A stretch of 63,949 bases of DNA, the filler included, from Piptocephalis cylindrospora (Eukaryota): NCBI GenBank assembly GCA_003614145.1. It is 3 parts of 3 records of this genome, joined end to end, with 100 filler letters (N's around TTAATTAATTAA, not from the genome) between each part and the next. Parts side by side here need not be neighbours in the genome. Positions count along the whole stretch, not along the records: positions 23,748 to 46,984 come from KZ987793.1; positions 47,085 to 63,949 come from KZ987864.1; 1 more part is not named here. One strand, 5' to 3'. This document shows, in pieces, positions 36,799-48,835 of this stretch. How positions within the stretch are numbered: position 1 is the first letter of the stretch; every line of letters begins with the position of its first letter. A program made the translations under genes and the position numbers. The notes under the pieces were generated by a model, which was not told the origin of the DNA, did no database searches, and worked only from the letters and a program-made list of their open reading frames with translations.

Positions 36799-38467
36799 AT
36801 GGCGTCTATTGGTCATCATCACCTCTCCAGCCTACTTCCTCAGACTCACTCACACCTTCATCCGTCTCCTCCTAATCAGGAGATCATCTATCCCCGACCC
36901 CCCGTTATGCTGCGCGTCGTTGAGGACTTAAGTCATGATGAATGACAGGAGAGATATGGTCCTGAAAGACAGATTTATAAGGGACTTCTTCTAATGGTTA
37001 TTGCCGAGGTGGATGAAGAGACAGGCACGGATGAGAGGAGCGCCCACTATGCTTTCCGCGATAGCCAGGGTCAACGGACCCTGCTGAACCAGGTGGTAAA
37101 GGACTATCAAATCTTGGCCCGCGAAGCCTGCGAGAAAATGAGGCAATCTGTCGTATCCAATGAAATACCTCGTCTCTTAGTTTCAACGCCCGGCTCCCTC
37201 GTCGACATCTATTGCACCGTCATGAATGATAAATTTGACGGTACTTCCTACGTCCCTATCGTCAAGGCTTTCCATAAGGCTATCGGCTATTCTGGATTCC
37301 TTTGTAGGAAGAAGGATGATGCGCTTGATCGTCCCTATGAAGCCAACATGCTCGTGATGAAGTCCATTTCAGAGTCGATTAGGCAGAGAAAACGATCGAG
37401 TGTTGCCCCATATGTTCTTTACTGTTCCTTCCAATCTACTATTTATTATCTGATTAAGGAGCGGTTCTACCTGGAACACTCTACTCTCTTTGGCTCTCTA
37501 AGCAGCCTGCTCTCTTCACTTCATACGATCGTGCACACCTTCTTCGGGGAATTCGTGTCTGTCCGTAATGACATGTCCAACCATGCTGATTAGGCGGAAA
37601 GACCTATGCTCCAGAGACTGAATTTGGCCAAGGGTGCTATCATCCGCCGGAAAACCTCGCGCGCCAGTAATGTTGTTTATGATGAATCCGCGCCGATAAC
37701 CTCGGCATCGCTCGTGAAGAATTTCGGAGATCTTTTCTCCCCTGAAAGCCTTTTACCCAGGGCCTATGACGATATCACTGGCTTTCTAGACAAAATTTGT
37801 GGTGGTCTTATCCAAGATATCCCTGGAGTGATCCAGGGGCGTGGATGGAAAAGGGAAAAATCCCTCATGCGTTCAGCTGGTCAAGGGCCAAGGCTACCCT
37901 TCTACAACCTCGTCTGCGAATTTAGAAGCTACAAAGGCGCATGGGAAAGCCGGAATGGTCGCACATGGGATTTCATTAGTGATGATGAAAGATTTCTCGA
38001 AGTATCTCAGAAATACTAGACAACGTTAGTTAACTATCTGAGGGAACGTATTTACAAGATAAGATTTCTCCAAGTCGTCCACTACCTTTCACCTCATCTA
38101 GTCAATATCCCGACCATCCAGGAGGGTTAGAGAGCTGCTATCGACGAAACCTCCAAACATGCTCGTACTTTTGCCATTCCCATCTACATCCAAGCGGAAG
38201 AGTCGTCTGAGTGAGACCCTGAAGAAAGAGAGGTGGATCGACCGGTGCCGACAGGAGGCTTCCCGTGCGCTTGGTCGTACCTTTCAGTGGGCTAGCACCT
38301 CTAATGGAGGGAGTGTCCTGAGTAATCCCGCTAAGGCATTTTTCCAATATACCGTGGCCCTCATGAAGCATTTGCTTGAGACGCATGAAGGTAAGGCTAT
38401 TGACCTTCCCGGCAACGATCTCTCTCTCCAAGCTGTCAAAAAGACCTTGTCATCCAAGAAGCTCTGA
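36799..38467 (+). pseudogene. Disrupted ~550-codon gene of unknown family
   Basis: One reading frame from ATG 36799 is interrupted by TGA 36943, TAG 37591, TAG 38017 and TAG 38128, then apparently shifts near 38190 into ORF 38159-38467. The codon style looks coding throughout. Confidence 0.7.
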
Positions 38468-38936
38468 TGTGAGGTGCGCTAGTGAGGTGCGTGTATGAAG
38501 ATGGCGTCTCTCTCCTTCCTGCTCCAGGGATCAATTTCTTGATCGAATGTAAATGATTAGCCTCCTTTCCCTTCCTAACACATTCGTCCTTTATGCCAAT
38601 GCACCTCTTTCTCCTCTCTCCTTTTTTAATGCTGTTCTGTGGCTATCTCTTGGAGACACTCATTCCGCTCTACTGAATAGACATACGTATTTGCAATAGA
38701 ACAGTGTCGGCGCCATTACCATCGGAGAGCGGGTTTGGACTTGTGTTGCTCAAATTTGTCCTATCACGAAACTGACCCCAGTTTCTTAAAGAAATTTGGA
38801 GGACCCTGACCCTGTCTGGAGCGTCACACCCACCTGTCCCGCCCTAGCTGATTAATCATACAGTGCAGTCTACTAGGATGAGTCAGTCCTATCTCCCATC
38901 CTCCCATCCCATCTCCTTTCCTTATCCCATCCCACA

Positions 38937-39386
38937 ATGTCAAACGAAACTTCGAAAAAACCGTGTCGTGCCTGTACAGACTTTTCCTCCTGGAAAAAGC
39001 TGGGACGTACGACTTCGGCATCCAAGTCCTCCCCTCCCCAGAACAAGGAATGCCCTCCAGACAGGGAGGACTTGGGAAGGGCAACGTGGACCTTTCTCCA
39101 TACTATGGCTGATCACTTTCCCGAACGACCCAACCTTCAACAGCAACACAAGGCATACACTCTCCTCACGAACCTAGCAGACCTTTACCCGTGTGGTGAG
39201 TGTGCCGAGCACCTTCAGGTTGAAGTCAAGAACAATCCTCCGGATACGCGTAGTCGATCCCTCCTTTCCCAATGGCTATGTGGTGTTCATAACAATGTCA
39301 ACGTTCGCCTAGGAAAGGATGCCTTTGACTGCTCTCTCCTCGGTGATCGATGGGGTGAAGGGCCTAGTGATGGGTCGTGCGATTGA
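38937..39386 (+). CDS. ERV1: Mitochondrial FAD-linked sulfhydryl oxidase Erv1/ALR
   Basis: KPCRAC shuttle motif, CPPDREDLGRATWTFLH, YPCGECA, WLCGVHNNVNVRLGK, FDC. Confidence 0.96.
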   Translation: MSNETSKKPCRACTDFSSWKKLGRTTSASKSSPPQNKECPPDREDLGRATWTFLHTMADHFPERPNLQQQHKAYTLLTNLADLYPCGECAEHLQVEVKNNPPDTRSRSLLSQWLCGVHNNVNVRLGKDAFDCSLLGDRWGEGPSDGSCD

Positions 39387-39585
39387 CTAGATAAAAGGAG
39401 AAGCATGCGAGGGTGGGAGGTCTTACGATGATGATTAGATATGAAGTATAAGTGGCACCTTCAATGGTATAAAAACATCACAACTCCAAAAATAGACTCA
39501 TTTACATAATAGTAGTAAAGAGGAAAATAATACACACATACACACACATCCATGCCAAGTCGGATCAAGCCAAGCGAAAGGGCAA

Positions 39586-42088
39586 TTACCACCACTTCAC
39601 TCGAACAGGAATGGATGAACGGTGGAATCGCTGCTGATCCATACTCCATGACCCAATGGATACGTTCATCTGACCATACACAGTAACGGCAAGAGTGCCA
39701 CCCAGGGCCTCACGTACTAGACCATACCCGCCGGATCCGTAGGTCACGGGGGCATTAGGAAGGGAGGTGTTGGTGTGAGGAGGGAGGAGGATGCCTTGGC
39801 CGTCAGGTCCATCGTACACTTCGTCAAAGAACCCGATACTTTGATCATCGTGAAAGGCCTCTCCTTGTAGGGCATGCAGTGTCATGGGGACATCCAATGG
39901 ATTGTGGATGGTGGAGCTGACCGAGGAGAAGAGAAGATGAAGGGTGACTTGGGACACTAAACCCTCCGCCTCCCCAGGAACCGGGGGAAGAGTGACATTG
40001 GAGTGAAGGTGCTTCAGGGCAGGGATGAGGGAGGGAATGGGGGAGGAAGTGTCCATCCCTCTCACTTCCACCATCACTCCCTCCTCCTCGGAGATGTAGC
40101 GAGAGAGCATGGATTGCACTGCATGACCCTGGCCCAGTTGAACCTCGGCATCCAAGATCAAGGACTTTCCCGGGAGTGTCCTCATCCCAGGAACCCTGAT
40201 CCAGCCCACCTCCCTTCCTCCGTACGTCATTTCCAATGAAATGGGTCCAAGGTCAATAGATAGGATATCCTGAGGCATAACCCCCATATCCACCTTTCCG
40301 TGGATCACCAACATCCCCTCTTCCCCTCCCATGACTTTCACCTCTGTAACGTTGGGTTTTTTCTGGATGAGTCCACCAAATCCTATATGAAAGGGGGTGC
40401 TTGAGTTGAGTAAAGAGAGAGAGAGAGAGAAGGAGGGAGGACACGGCCGTCAAATAACAAGCATTAATACCTGGCAAGGTGTGATTGGTCCGGAAGGGCA
40501 CACAGGATAAATTTAAAGGCCCCATCCCGCTATCGATCATCACATCCCCTGATCCTTCAAAGATGAGATTAACCGTGCTTCGGAGAAGGGAATGGGATAT
40601 CATGGTCTCAAATCCCTCTTTTTCCTTCTGGTTGCGCGGATCTACAGAAAGGACTGAGCCATCCGACCAGGATCCATTGACCCAGTACCGTCCGGGGGAG
40701 TCATGGCCTCCCATGGGACCCTGATCTAGAAGTTTGAGATGTGGTATGGAAAGGGCACCAAGGGAATCTATAGATCCTTGCTCATAAACCTTCCCAGCCA
40801 TCCCGGTCATGGAGAGGAATTGAAAGGGTAGATGGGGCCATGGAAGGGAAAAGATGGCCTTTGCCTGTCCCTCCACCATGGGGGAGTAGGCGGTGTCCGG
40901 AGTAATCTTCACCTCGCCCCTTATACCCTCTAGACCCTCTAGGAGGTTGTCCTGATCCTTGAATCTCGGGAGAGAGATGTTCAACTTAGTCCGTTCCGCC
41001 GCCCCGAGTAGCCAACTAGGAGCTTCCTCAATTTCTGTGCGAAGAGAGGAGCCCCGGACACGAAGAACCACCTCCTCCCCATGGATATAGTCGGTAACTA
41101 GAGCACTCATCTCCTTCAAACCACGCGGATCATCCTTCAGGGGCAGAGCCCTTCCCCGTACTCGTACCTTTCCCTCCTCACCTTGACCAAGGGAAAGGGG
41201 ATCCGAGGTCAGAGAGGCTAGTACACGCTCTCCATTCCTGGAAAAGGCCTCTAGGGGAAGGGAGGGGATGCTCAAGGAGATGGGAACATCGCCTATCACG
41301 GATCCTCTCCCCTCTAGAGCGACTCCTCCAAGGGGGTCCGGGCCTAGAAGGTCGAACCCCTCCACCCGGACGTCCCGAAGGAAGTTCATGGGGGGAAAGT
41401 AGATGAATTGACTGACTCGAATATCACGAATATGGAAGCCTAGAAAGTGAGCATCCACCCTACCCTGGAAATGACAGGCAATGGGCACGCCCGGATCCTG
41501 GGCCAGCCAGGAGGCGACCATGGTGGCCATACGATCCGAGTCCAGGATGGTCAGGTTCATGCCCATGGGGACGGGCTCGTACGGATGGATGGTGGCAGCC
41601 GGGGTTTGAATGTGACCGACAATTTCCTTTCCATCCGGGTGCAGAAGATGAAGGGTGGTGGGGGACAGGGTGGGGGGAAAGTGTCCCGCCAACCCCCCTT
41701 CCAATCCTCGTACCTGCACGGAAACGTGCATGGAAAAGCCCTGTTCGGTGAGCGGCCCCACTGTCCCGTTGACCAGATGCAGGGAAGTTCGAAGAAGATA
41801 ATGCGTGGCCGCCCAGTGCGGGATGACAGCAAAGGCCAGGAAGGCCAGGAAGGACCCAGTGGAGATGAAGAGGATGGTAATGAGGATCCACTTGCACACC
41901 CTAGGTGGGGTGGTGGAGGCAAACGTTTCGGATGGATGATACATGGTCACGTCCTCGGAGCCCGAGTACCGGAGCCTAGGGGATTGTGAGGCCGAGGAGG
42001 AATTGGAGGGCGAAGGCGAGGGGAGAAGCGGCGTGGTTTCCCTCGGGGAGGCCCCAGCATTATTCTGAGGGGGGCCTTGACTTGACAT
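39586..42088 (-). CDS. Single-pass membrane protein with repeated DUF3712/Tag1-like lumenal beta domains
   Basis: Exons 42088-40471 and 40382-39586. N-terminal ETTPLL dileucine-type sorting motif, one TM helix, and repeated beta-rich domains (IDLGPISLEMTYGG, STIHNPL, LPPHTNTSLP). Confidence 0.65.
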
Positions 42089-43160
42089 TTAAAAGGAGGA
42101 GGAAGATACGGGTGGGATGGGAGAGAGAGAGAGAGGGAGAGAGAGAGGATGAGTGAGAGAGAGGGTGAGTGATGAGAGAGTCTGGGGACGGGAATGGGGA
42201 GGAGGCTCCCCTGGGGAGTATTTATGAAAGTTTTGTGCCTCCTTTTCCCCTTCTCTCTACACGCTCGAGTGTCTGGGACTGGGAAAGTCGTCTGTGCTGA
42301 CGAGGAGGTGTCAGGAGGAATGAGGAGGGCGGCGGAGTGGTGAGGAGGAAAGGCCGTATGTGAATATTGGAAGGGGTGTGCGTGGCTGACTATGGGACAT
42401 AGTGTACATTGAGCTATGAGCCCCCATATACTCGGGCTATGGGGGCAGTATGCGATGGGCTATGACTCGGTGCATGCATAGCTAGGAAGCCCCGTGTGTA
42501 TGGGAAGGGGGAGGGGGATTTTCCGCAACAAGGGACACACGCCTCTTCCTACAAGTCACGCTTTACTCGAAGCTGAGACACTAAGTCTCGGATGGTCTAG
42601 GTATCGACCGCCTCATAAGACATTGACCACTTCTTTCACGAAGGACAAAGGAATCGGTATAGGATGGGCGTACCACCCAAGCACAGGTGTGTATATGCAC
42701 CCTCTGTCACAACGACTTGGCCGACCCCTTTCTCCTCCTATTTCGACCGATGCTTTCGTCATGAAGTCATATCTTTAGGACATGGTGGGCCTTCCATCAA
42801 GGAGAGATGTATGTACCTCCTCAGGAGATGTAAGGAAGGATGAGGGGAAGTACCGTTGACGCAGGGTCTTGGGGCGCTCGGATAATTCAGCACTACTTGC
42901 ATTCCCCCAAGATCTCCACTCTCTCCGAGACCTGCCGTGAGAACTCCGACTCTTTGTATTATGATAATTCGCGTACTAAGGAAAGATGTCCGTGATGTAA
43001 TGTGACTCTTGTACTTAGCCAACAAGCACCTTTGAAAGATGGCGGCTATGGACAAGCCCCCCTCTCCACATCCCTTTCTATCTCCACTCGTCATGATCCT
43101 TCCCCACCTATCTTTCCTCTTTTCACCTCCGATCCATCATCTCCCACACACCTTAGTGTC

Positions 43161-44306
43161 ATGTTCCACTTCCCTTTCCTAGTCATCCCATTGCTCTTGG
43201 ACCTTCTTCCACACCTTGAACTTAACAGCTCAGGGAAGAGCACGGTCCCTGTCTATGCTGGGCCTCCCCTGGCCAAGGGGGCCTTCCCAACCATGGACTC
43301 CTCTCCACCCTGGATCATTGCGCACAGAGGCTCCTCGGGCCTTCACCCGGAGCACACCTTGGAGGCCTACTCGTTATCCGCTCATCTCGGAGCCCATTGG
43401 ATTGAACCTGACTTGGTCCTGACTCGGGATGGGGTTCCCGTGTGTCGACACGATGCAATACTGGGAGAGACGACTGATGTAGCCTCCAGACCCGAATATG
43501 CCCATCGTCGTCGGAACCTCACTATCCCCGTCCTGGGCACCCAGTGGTCCTGGAGCGACGAATGGGCCGTAGAAGACTTTACCCTGAAGGAGCTCCGCGG
43601 CCTCCGAGCTATCCAGCGTCCCAATCTGGGGGTTCGTTCCAGCATCTACAATGGCCACTTTTCCATCCCGACCTTTGAGGAGGTCCTCCAACATTATGTG
43701 CGTCTAGCCCCGCAATTTCCCACCCAGCTACTGGGGATCATCCCTGAGATCAAGCATCCAGAATATTTTAATCAGTTGATGGGAGAGGAAAGGTATTTCG
43801 AGAACACGGTCCTATCTCTCCTAAATCGCTACCTTGATCCCTCTCAGCACCGTGTTATTATCCAGTGCTTTTACCCAGAGACCCTCGGATACATCAAGGA
43901 TCACTCCTTCTATGACACACTCCTTCTGAGCAATCTCCTCACCTGGAAGTACATGACCCACAAGGGCATCCAGCAAGTTCCGGGGATCGCATCGTACTTT
44001 GGCCCAACGAAGGAGCTTCTCATGGGCTTGGGGATCAAAGGCCTACTGGATCAGGCCCATGATGACCTTCTTATTCCATCTCCTGAGGATGTGGACCGGA
44101 TGGGAGGATGGGTCTCCACCCAGGAGATTATCCCCTATCTGCATCGTCATCATGTCCGTGTCATTCCCTTCACGGCATTTCCCGCTGGGGAGCCTCATGG
44201 AGTGGATGAGGTCCAGATGACTCAATGGATGCGATCAGGCATTGATGGGCTCTTTTGCGATGATGTCTCCATGGGTCATCGGGGTCTATCCATCGCCTCT
44301 CAGTGA
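43161..44306 (+). CDS. Secreted glycerophosphodiester phosphodiesterase (GlpQ/GDPD family)
   Basis: IIAHRGSSG..PEHTLEAY, IEPDLVLTRDG..VCRHD, IPTFEEVL, IPEIKHP, GIDGLFCD; hydrophobic N-terminus from ATG 43161; intronless. Confidence 0.93.
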   Translation: MFHFPFLVIPLLLDLLPHLELNSSGKSTVPVYAGPPLAKGAFPTMDSSPPWIIAHRGSSGLHPEHTLEAYSLSAHLGAHWIEPDLVLTRDGVPVCRHDAILGETTDVASRPEYAHRRRNLTIPVLGTQWSWSDEWAVEDFTLKELRGLRAIQRPNLGVRSSIYNGHFSIPTFEEVLQHYVRLAPQFPTQLLGIIPEIKHPEYFNQLMGEERYFENTVLSLLNRYLDPSQHRVIIQCFYPETLGYIKDHSFYDTLLLSNLLTWKYMTHKGIQQVPGIASYFGPTKELLMGLGIKGLLDQAHDDLLIPSPEDVDRMGGWVSTQEIIPYLHRHHVRVIPFTAFPAGEPHGVDEVQMTQWMRSGIDGLFCDDVSMGHRGLSIASQ

Positions 44307-44519
44307 TCCCCCCGGGTGATCAAGTATCTCTATATGCTTTCTTTTTCCTGCCCTTTTTTGTTTCCCTTGGATGAATTCTGAAGAGGATGGCTCATGCCGC
44401 CCCTCTCGCCCATGACCTATTCACATGCGAAAACAAGAGGGCCGTATCACATGTCCTCCTTCCCATCGCCTGCGCTCCTCCATATCACATTGTCTCATCC
44501 ACATCGAATCCCCACACTC

Positions 44520-46257
44520 TCACATGTCCTCCTCGACATCATAGGGGCGAAGCACCTCTTCCCAATCCCGGATCCGACGTCCACGGACATCAAACCATCG
44601 AAGACGAGACATGGGCCCAGATCGGGTTTCATCCTCCAGGGTGGTGGGGTCATCAGGGAGACCAAGGAGGGAAGAGAGGGAGAGAACACGGGATCGTAGG
44701 GCCTCCCGTCGTTCTTGGATGGATTCGAGAAGAGCGGGGTCCAGGGTAAGGAGACATCGAAGGGTGTGGACGGCCCTGGCTGAGGCCATGCCATCCTCAC
44801 ACCACCGGATACTCAGCCACCACCAGGCAGGCACGGCCAGGGCTGTGAGGAGGGAGTAGGGTCCAGTGAGGTAGAGGAACAGACCCCAGATCGGTATGAG
44901 GGTTCCCAAGGCAATGAGCATCTTGTACTGGGCCACTTCATCAAGGTTTTGCTCCTCAGCCCCTGGTCGTGCCAAGACTTTGCGCTCCTTGGCCTTGGTG
45001 AGGATCAGCATGGGAGAAAGGATGCATAGTCCGGGCAAGGACAGGATGAGGAAAAAGGCCGTCATGAGCAGTCGAATGATCATCTGTCCCTGAATCGCCC
45101 TTTTACCCGGGTACCAGGGCGCTCGATGTCCACCCACCAGTCCATCCCCAATCCCTGCACCCTTTAGGATATTTCTATATTCCTGAGGGGAGAGGTGAGA
45201 AGTGTGGATGAGGCGCTGGGTCCTTCCTCAGGAAGCGTTCCCGTCTCGTCGTGCACCTCATCTTACCAATAGATCATCACGTAAGGCACATAGCTCATCC
45301 GAGGGGAGATGCTTAGGGAGGGGAGATATCGAAGAGTTGGTAGAGTCGGAGCGGGCAACGGCGGCAAAGGCATCGAGGAAGAGTCGAGTCATATCCACAT
45401 GGGTGCCGAGACTGACGAGGATGTCCGGGGGGGGAGTAGAGGGTCCTGGCCATCTTGGCTGCCCGTACCGTCTCCCAGTCCGGGGCATCCAGGGTGATGC
45501 GTCGGAGGGACTGTACGAGACGGTGGGTGATTGTCTCCTTGGGATCCTTCATCTCTGACACCTCTTTTGCCGTTAACACAATGGGTTCCCCATAGTCGAC
45601 AAGGAGGGAGGAGCGAAAGCGGTGTCGGTGAAGATAGGTGACACCACAAGGGACGATGCACACCTTGGCCTCTTTCCCATGCACCTCTAACTCCTTCAAG
45701 GTGGACAGCGCCATGGTAGCCACCCCACGACGGACCGGGGCCAAGGAGGCATGGTATCTGGAAATTCCCTCTGGAAAGATGCAGACACAATCCCCATTGG
45801 TGAGTGCCTTTTAGGGAGGGATGCGAGAGTGATGTTGTTAGAGGAATGAAGGCTCGTTGCAATGCCCGGATCAGCCTACCTTGATGATCTCGTTGACTGA
45901 TCGGGTATTGTCTGTGGGGCCCGGATGATCCTGTCGCCGTTGCAGGGGCACTGTACCGACCGATCGGATAAACCAGCCGAAAACCCAATGATCCCACAGG
46001 GTATCCTTGGCGGTCATTCGCACCATGGCCCGTTGGCGTGGAGCGGACGTCACCATAAGCACACCATCGGTCAAGGAGTTGGAGTGGTTGGGACATAGGA
46101 TACTCGGGACCCCGTCCGGGGGCAGATTTTCCTGGTGACGCACCACAATAGTATTGTAAAAGGCGTGGAGTGAGAGGCGAAAGAGGAGACGAAGCAGCCT
46201 GTATACTGGAGGAGGGTTCTTGGTCCCTTTTGGCTGGGCGCTAGTGGGATCGGGCAT
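44520..46257 (-). CDS. Glycerol-3-phosphate O-acyltransferase (Gpt2/Sct1-like, PlsC domain); contains a frameshift at 45427-45434
   Basis: Exons 46257-45880, 45807-45267, 45182-44520. Motifs NHSNSLTD (HxxxxD), MTAKDTL, PLQRRQD, IFPEGIS, IVPCGVTY, HRFRS, and C-terminal TMs with DEVAQYK. Exon 2 needs a +1 shift at a C8 run. Confidence 0.87.
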
Positions 46258-46711
46258 CTTGAGCGATTAGGGATGTGGAGGAGATGGAAGATGGGAAGGA
46301 TGAGAAGAGGAGTGTCCGACAGCAGTGGATGGGGACACAGCACACAGCTGGTATCCCACATTCTTGTCTTCCAAGACAAAGGAGGGGTACACGATGGGAT
46401 CGGAGTTGAGTGCCTGGTCAACGCGTCCACGCTTAGATCCTTGCTCATCTCTCTCGCCTTACCCATCCTCTCAGAGACCACCGACTCGGGAAACGGTGCA
46501 AACTTATGTGCAAGTCCATGGAGCAGGATGGCTCATACTGCCCGATATGATCCATGGGAAGATGGGATGGATAATCCTTGCAGTCCGAGAGCCCTCTTAT
46601 TGATCTCGGCAGACCTCGGGTATATAATGGGAAGGGTATACTGGACCGCCACAACCTGGTGGTAGTAGTGGAGAAACCTAGAGAAGCCAACCGGATCCTC
46701 ACATTGTACCT

Positions 46712-46816
46712 TGTGTGTGTGTATGTATGTGTGTGTATGTGTGTATGTGTGTATGTGTGTATGTGTGTATGTGTGTATGTGATGTGTGTATGTATGTGTC
46801 TGTATGTGTGTGTGTA
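46712..46816 (+). repeat. (GT)n/(GTAT)n compound microsatellite
   Basis: About 105 bp of GTGTAT-type repeats. Confidence 0.95.
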
Positions 46817-46984
46817 GATTGAGGATCAGAGATCGTTGAGTCCCCCGATACTCACCACCACCCTCTTCTCCGTCCCACATTGACGCCCTCATCCTACTCT
46901 GAGACACTCACATATGATCCGTCTTCCCACAACTCAAGGGGCACATTATGGCCGCTTTATCGACCAGCACACGCAGGAAGAAAA

Positions 46985-47084
46985 NNNNNNNNNNNNNNNN
47001 NNNNNNNNNNNNNNNNNNNNNNNNNNNNTTAATTAATTAANNNNNNNNNNNNNNNNNNNNNNNNNNNNNNNNNNNNNNNNNNNN
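46985..47084. other. Artificial contig-joining linker N44-TTAATTAATTAA-N44
   Basis: Same 100-nt structure as 23648-23747; ValRS is cut off at its edge. Confidence 0.95.
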
Positions 47085-48835
47085 AATTCGTCCTTTTTAG
47101 CACCCCTTTCTCATCCCTTCCGGAGACCCAGTAGTGATCGTCGTTTCTATCTCCGACCTTCTGGTCGCGTCCTTCCAAAGAGACAAAGTAGGCCGGGACA
47201 CGATGACCCCACCAAAGCTGACGGGAGATACACCAATCCTGAATGTTACCCAACCATCGGAACCATTCACGCTCTGACAGCTTGGGCTGGATCTCCAGAC
47301 GACCCTCTTGGACGGCGAGCATGGCATCCTTGGCCATATCCTGGCACTTGACCCACCATTGGGGCTTAATCAGAGGCTCGATGACATCCCCGGACTTGGT
47401 GCAGATGGGCACGGACATGGGGTTGTCGGCTACATCGACAAAGAGACCCTTCTCCTTCAGAGCGTCCACGACAGCATACCGGACGTCGAAGCGCTTCATG
47501 CCAGCAAAAGGACCGGCATTTTGATTCATAGTTCCGTCATCGTTAAGAATGTTGATGAATTCAAGGTCGTGCCTCTTGCCCACCTCAAAATCGTTGGGGT
47601 CATGAGCCGGGGTCATCTTGACGGCACCCGTACCAAAGGCCATATCCACAGCAATATCATCACAGATAATGGGGATACGGCGTTCGGGGATGAAGGGGTG
47701 AGTGGCAAAACGGCCGTGAAGATGCTTGTACCGTTCATCTGTGGGGTGCACAGCAATACCGGTATCTCCGAGCATGGTTTCGGGACGGGTGGTGGCGACC
47801 ACAATCTTTTCATCTATGAGTTGAGGGAGGGATGAGAAAGGGGTGCTAAAAAGGACGATTTCCTCTCTTTAGCTCCAATGACCTACCAGAACCCTCGATA
47901 GGATAGGCAAACGAGGTGATAACACCAAATTCAACCTTCTTCTCATAGCCTGGGATGGTGAGGGTGGTACGGCCGGAGAGTTCCTTGTTCTCGACCTCGA
48001 GGTTGGAGATGGCGGTGTTAAGGGCAGTGGACCAGTTGACAAGACGGGAGGCACGATAGATGACACCCTCCTGATGGAGACGGACAAAAGCTTCGGTAAC
48101 GGATTTGCTCAAGGCAGGATCCATAGTAAAGCGGACACGGCTCCAGTCATAAGAACCTCCGAGACGACGGAGTTGACCGTAGATGCGATCACCAAAGGAC
48201 TCGCGCCACTTCCAGACTTCGGCGGTAAAGGCGTCGCGTCCCATGTCGTGACGAGTCTTGCCCTGCTCCTTCCATAGGCGCTTCTCCACGACGACTTGGG
48301 TGGCAATACCGGCATGATCACATCCGGGGTTGTAGAGGACGGACTTGCCGAGCATGCGGTTCCACCGGATCAAGGTATCCTGGATGGCGACGGTGAGGGC
48401 GTGACCAATGTGCAGGGCACCAGTGATGTTAGGTGGGGGGATAGGAATGACAAACTTGCCCTTGGGGTTGATAACGTTCTTGCCTTCAGCATCCTTGGAG
48501 AGCTGAGCCTTGAAGATCCCCTCCTTGACCCACCATTCGTACCAGCTAGCCTCGACAGCCTGGGGATCATAAGCAGCAGCCAGAGGCTCAGACAGATCCT
48601 TCTTCTCCCCAGCGGGGGTGGTGTTGACAAAAGCCTTGGTCTCCTTGATAGGCTTGGCCTCGACCACCTTAGCCTTCTTGCTCTCGCCCACTTCACCACC
48701 CTTGGCCTCCTTAGCGGCGGCGACAGCAGCAAGCTTGGCCTGTTTGGCGGCTAGCTTTTCCAACTTGGCGCGCTTCTTGGCCTCATTCTTATCGATGTTC
48801 TTTGCCAATGAAGTGGGCTTTTGAGGTTCGCTCAT
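47085..48835 (-). CDS. VAS1: Valyl-tRNA synthetase, 3'-truncated by the contig end
   Basis: Exons 48835-47887 and 47813-~47110. [14 protein letters not shown] (HIGH), [46 protein letters not shown]. The KMSKS region is not present. Confidence 0.96.

Noticed and set aside
36799..38467. Genome-wide TAG reassignment
   Set aside because: Other genes here end in TAG (the LONRF-like gene and VIP1), and no conserved gene has an internal TAG.
46270..46984. Possible 3' exons of another minus-strand gene upstream of GPAT
   Set aside because: Splice-like sites exist, but there is no consistent frame or family match, and the stop would fall only about 10 bp from the GPAT ATG.
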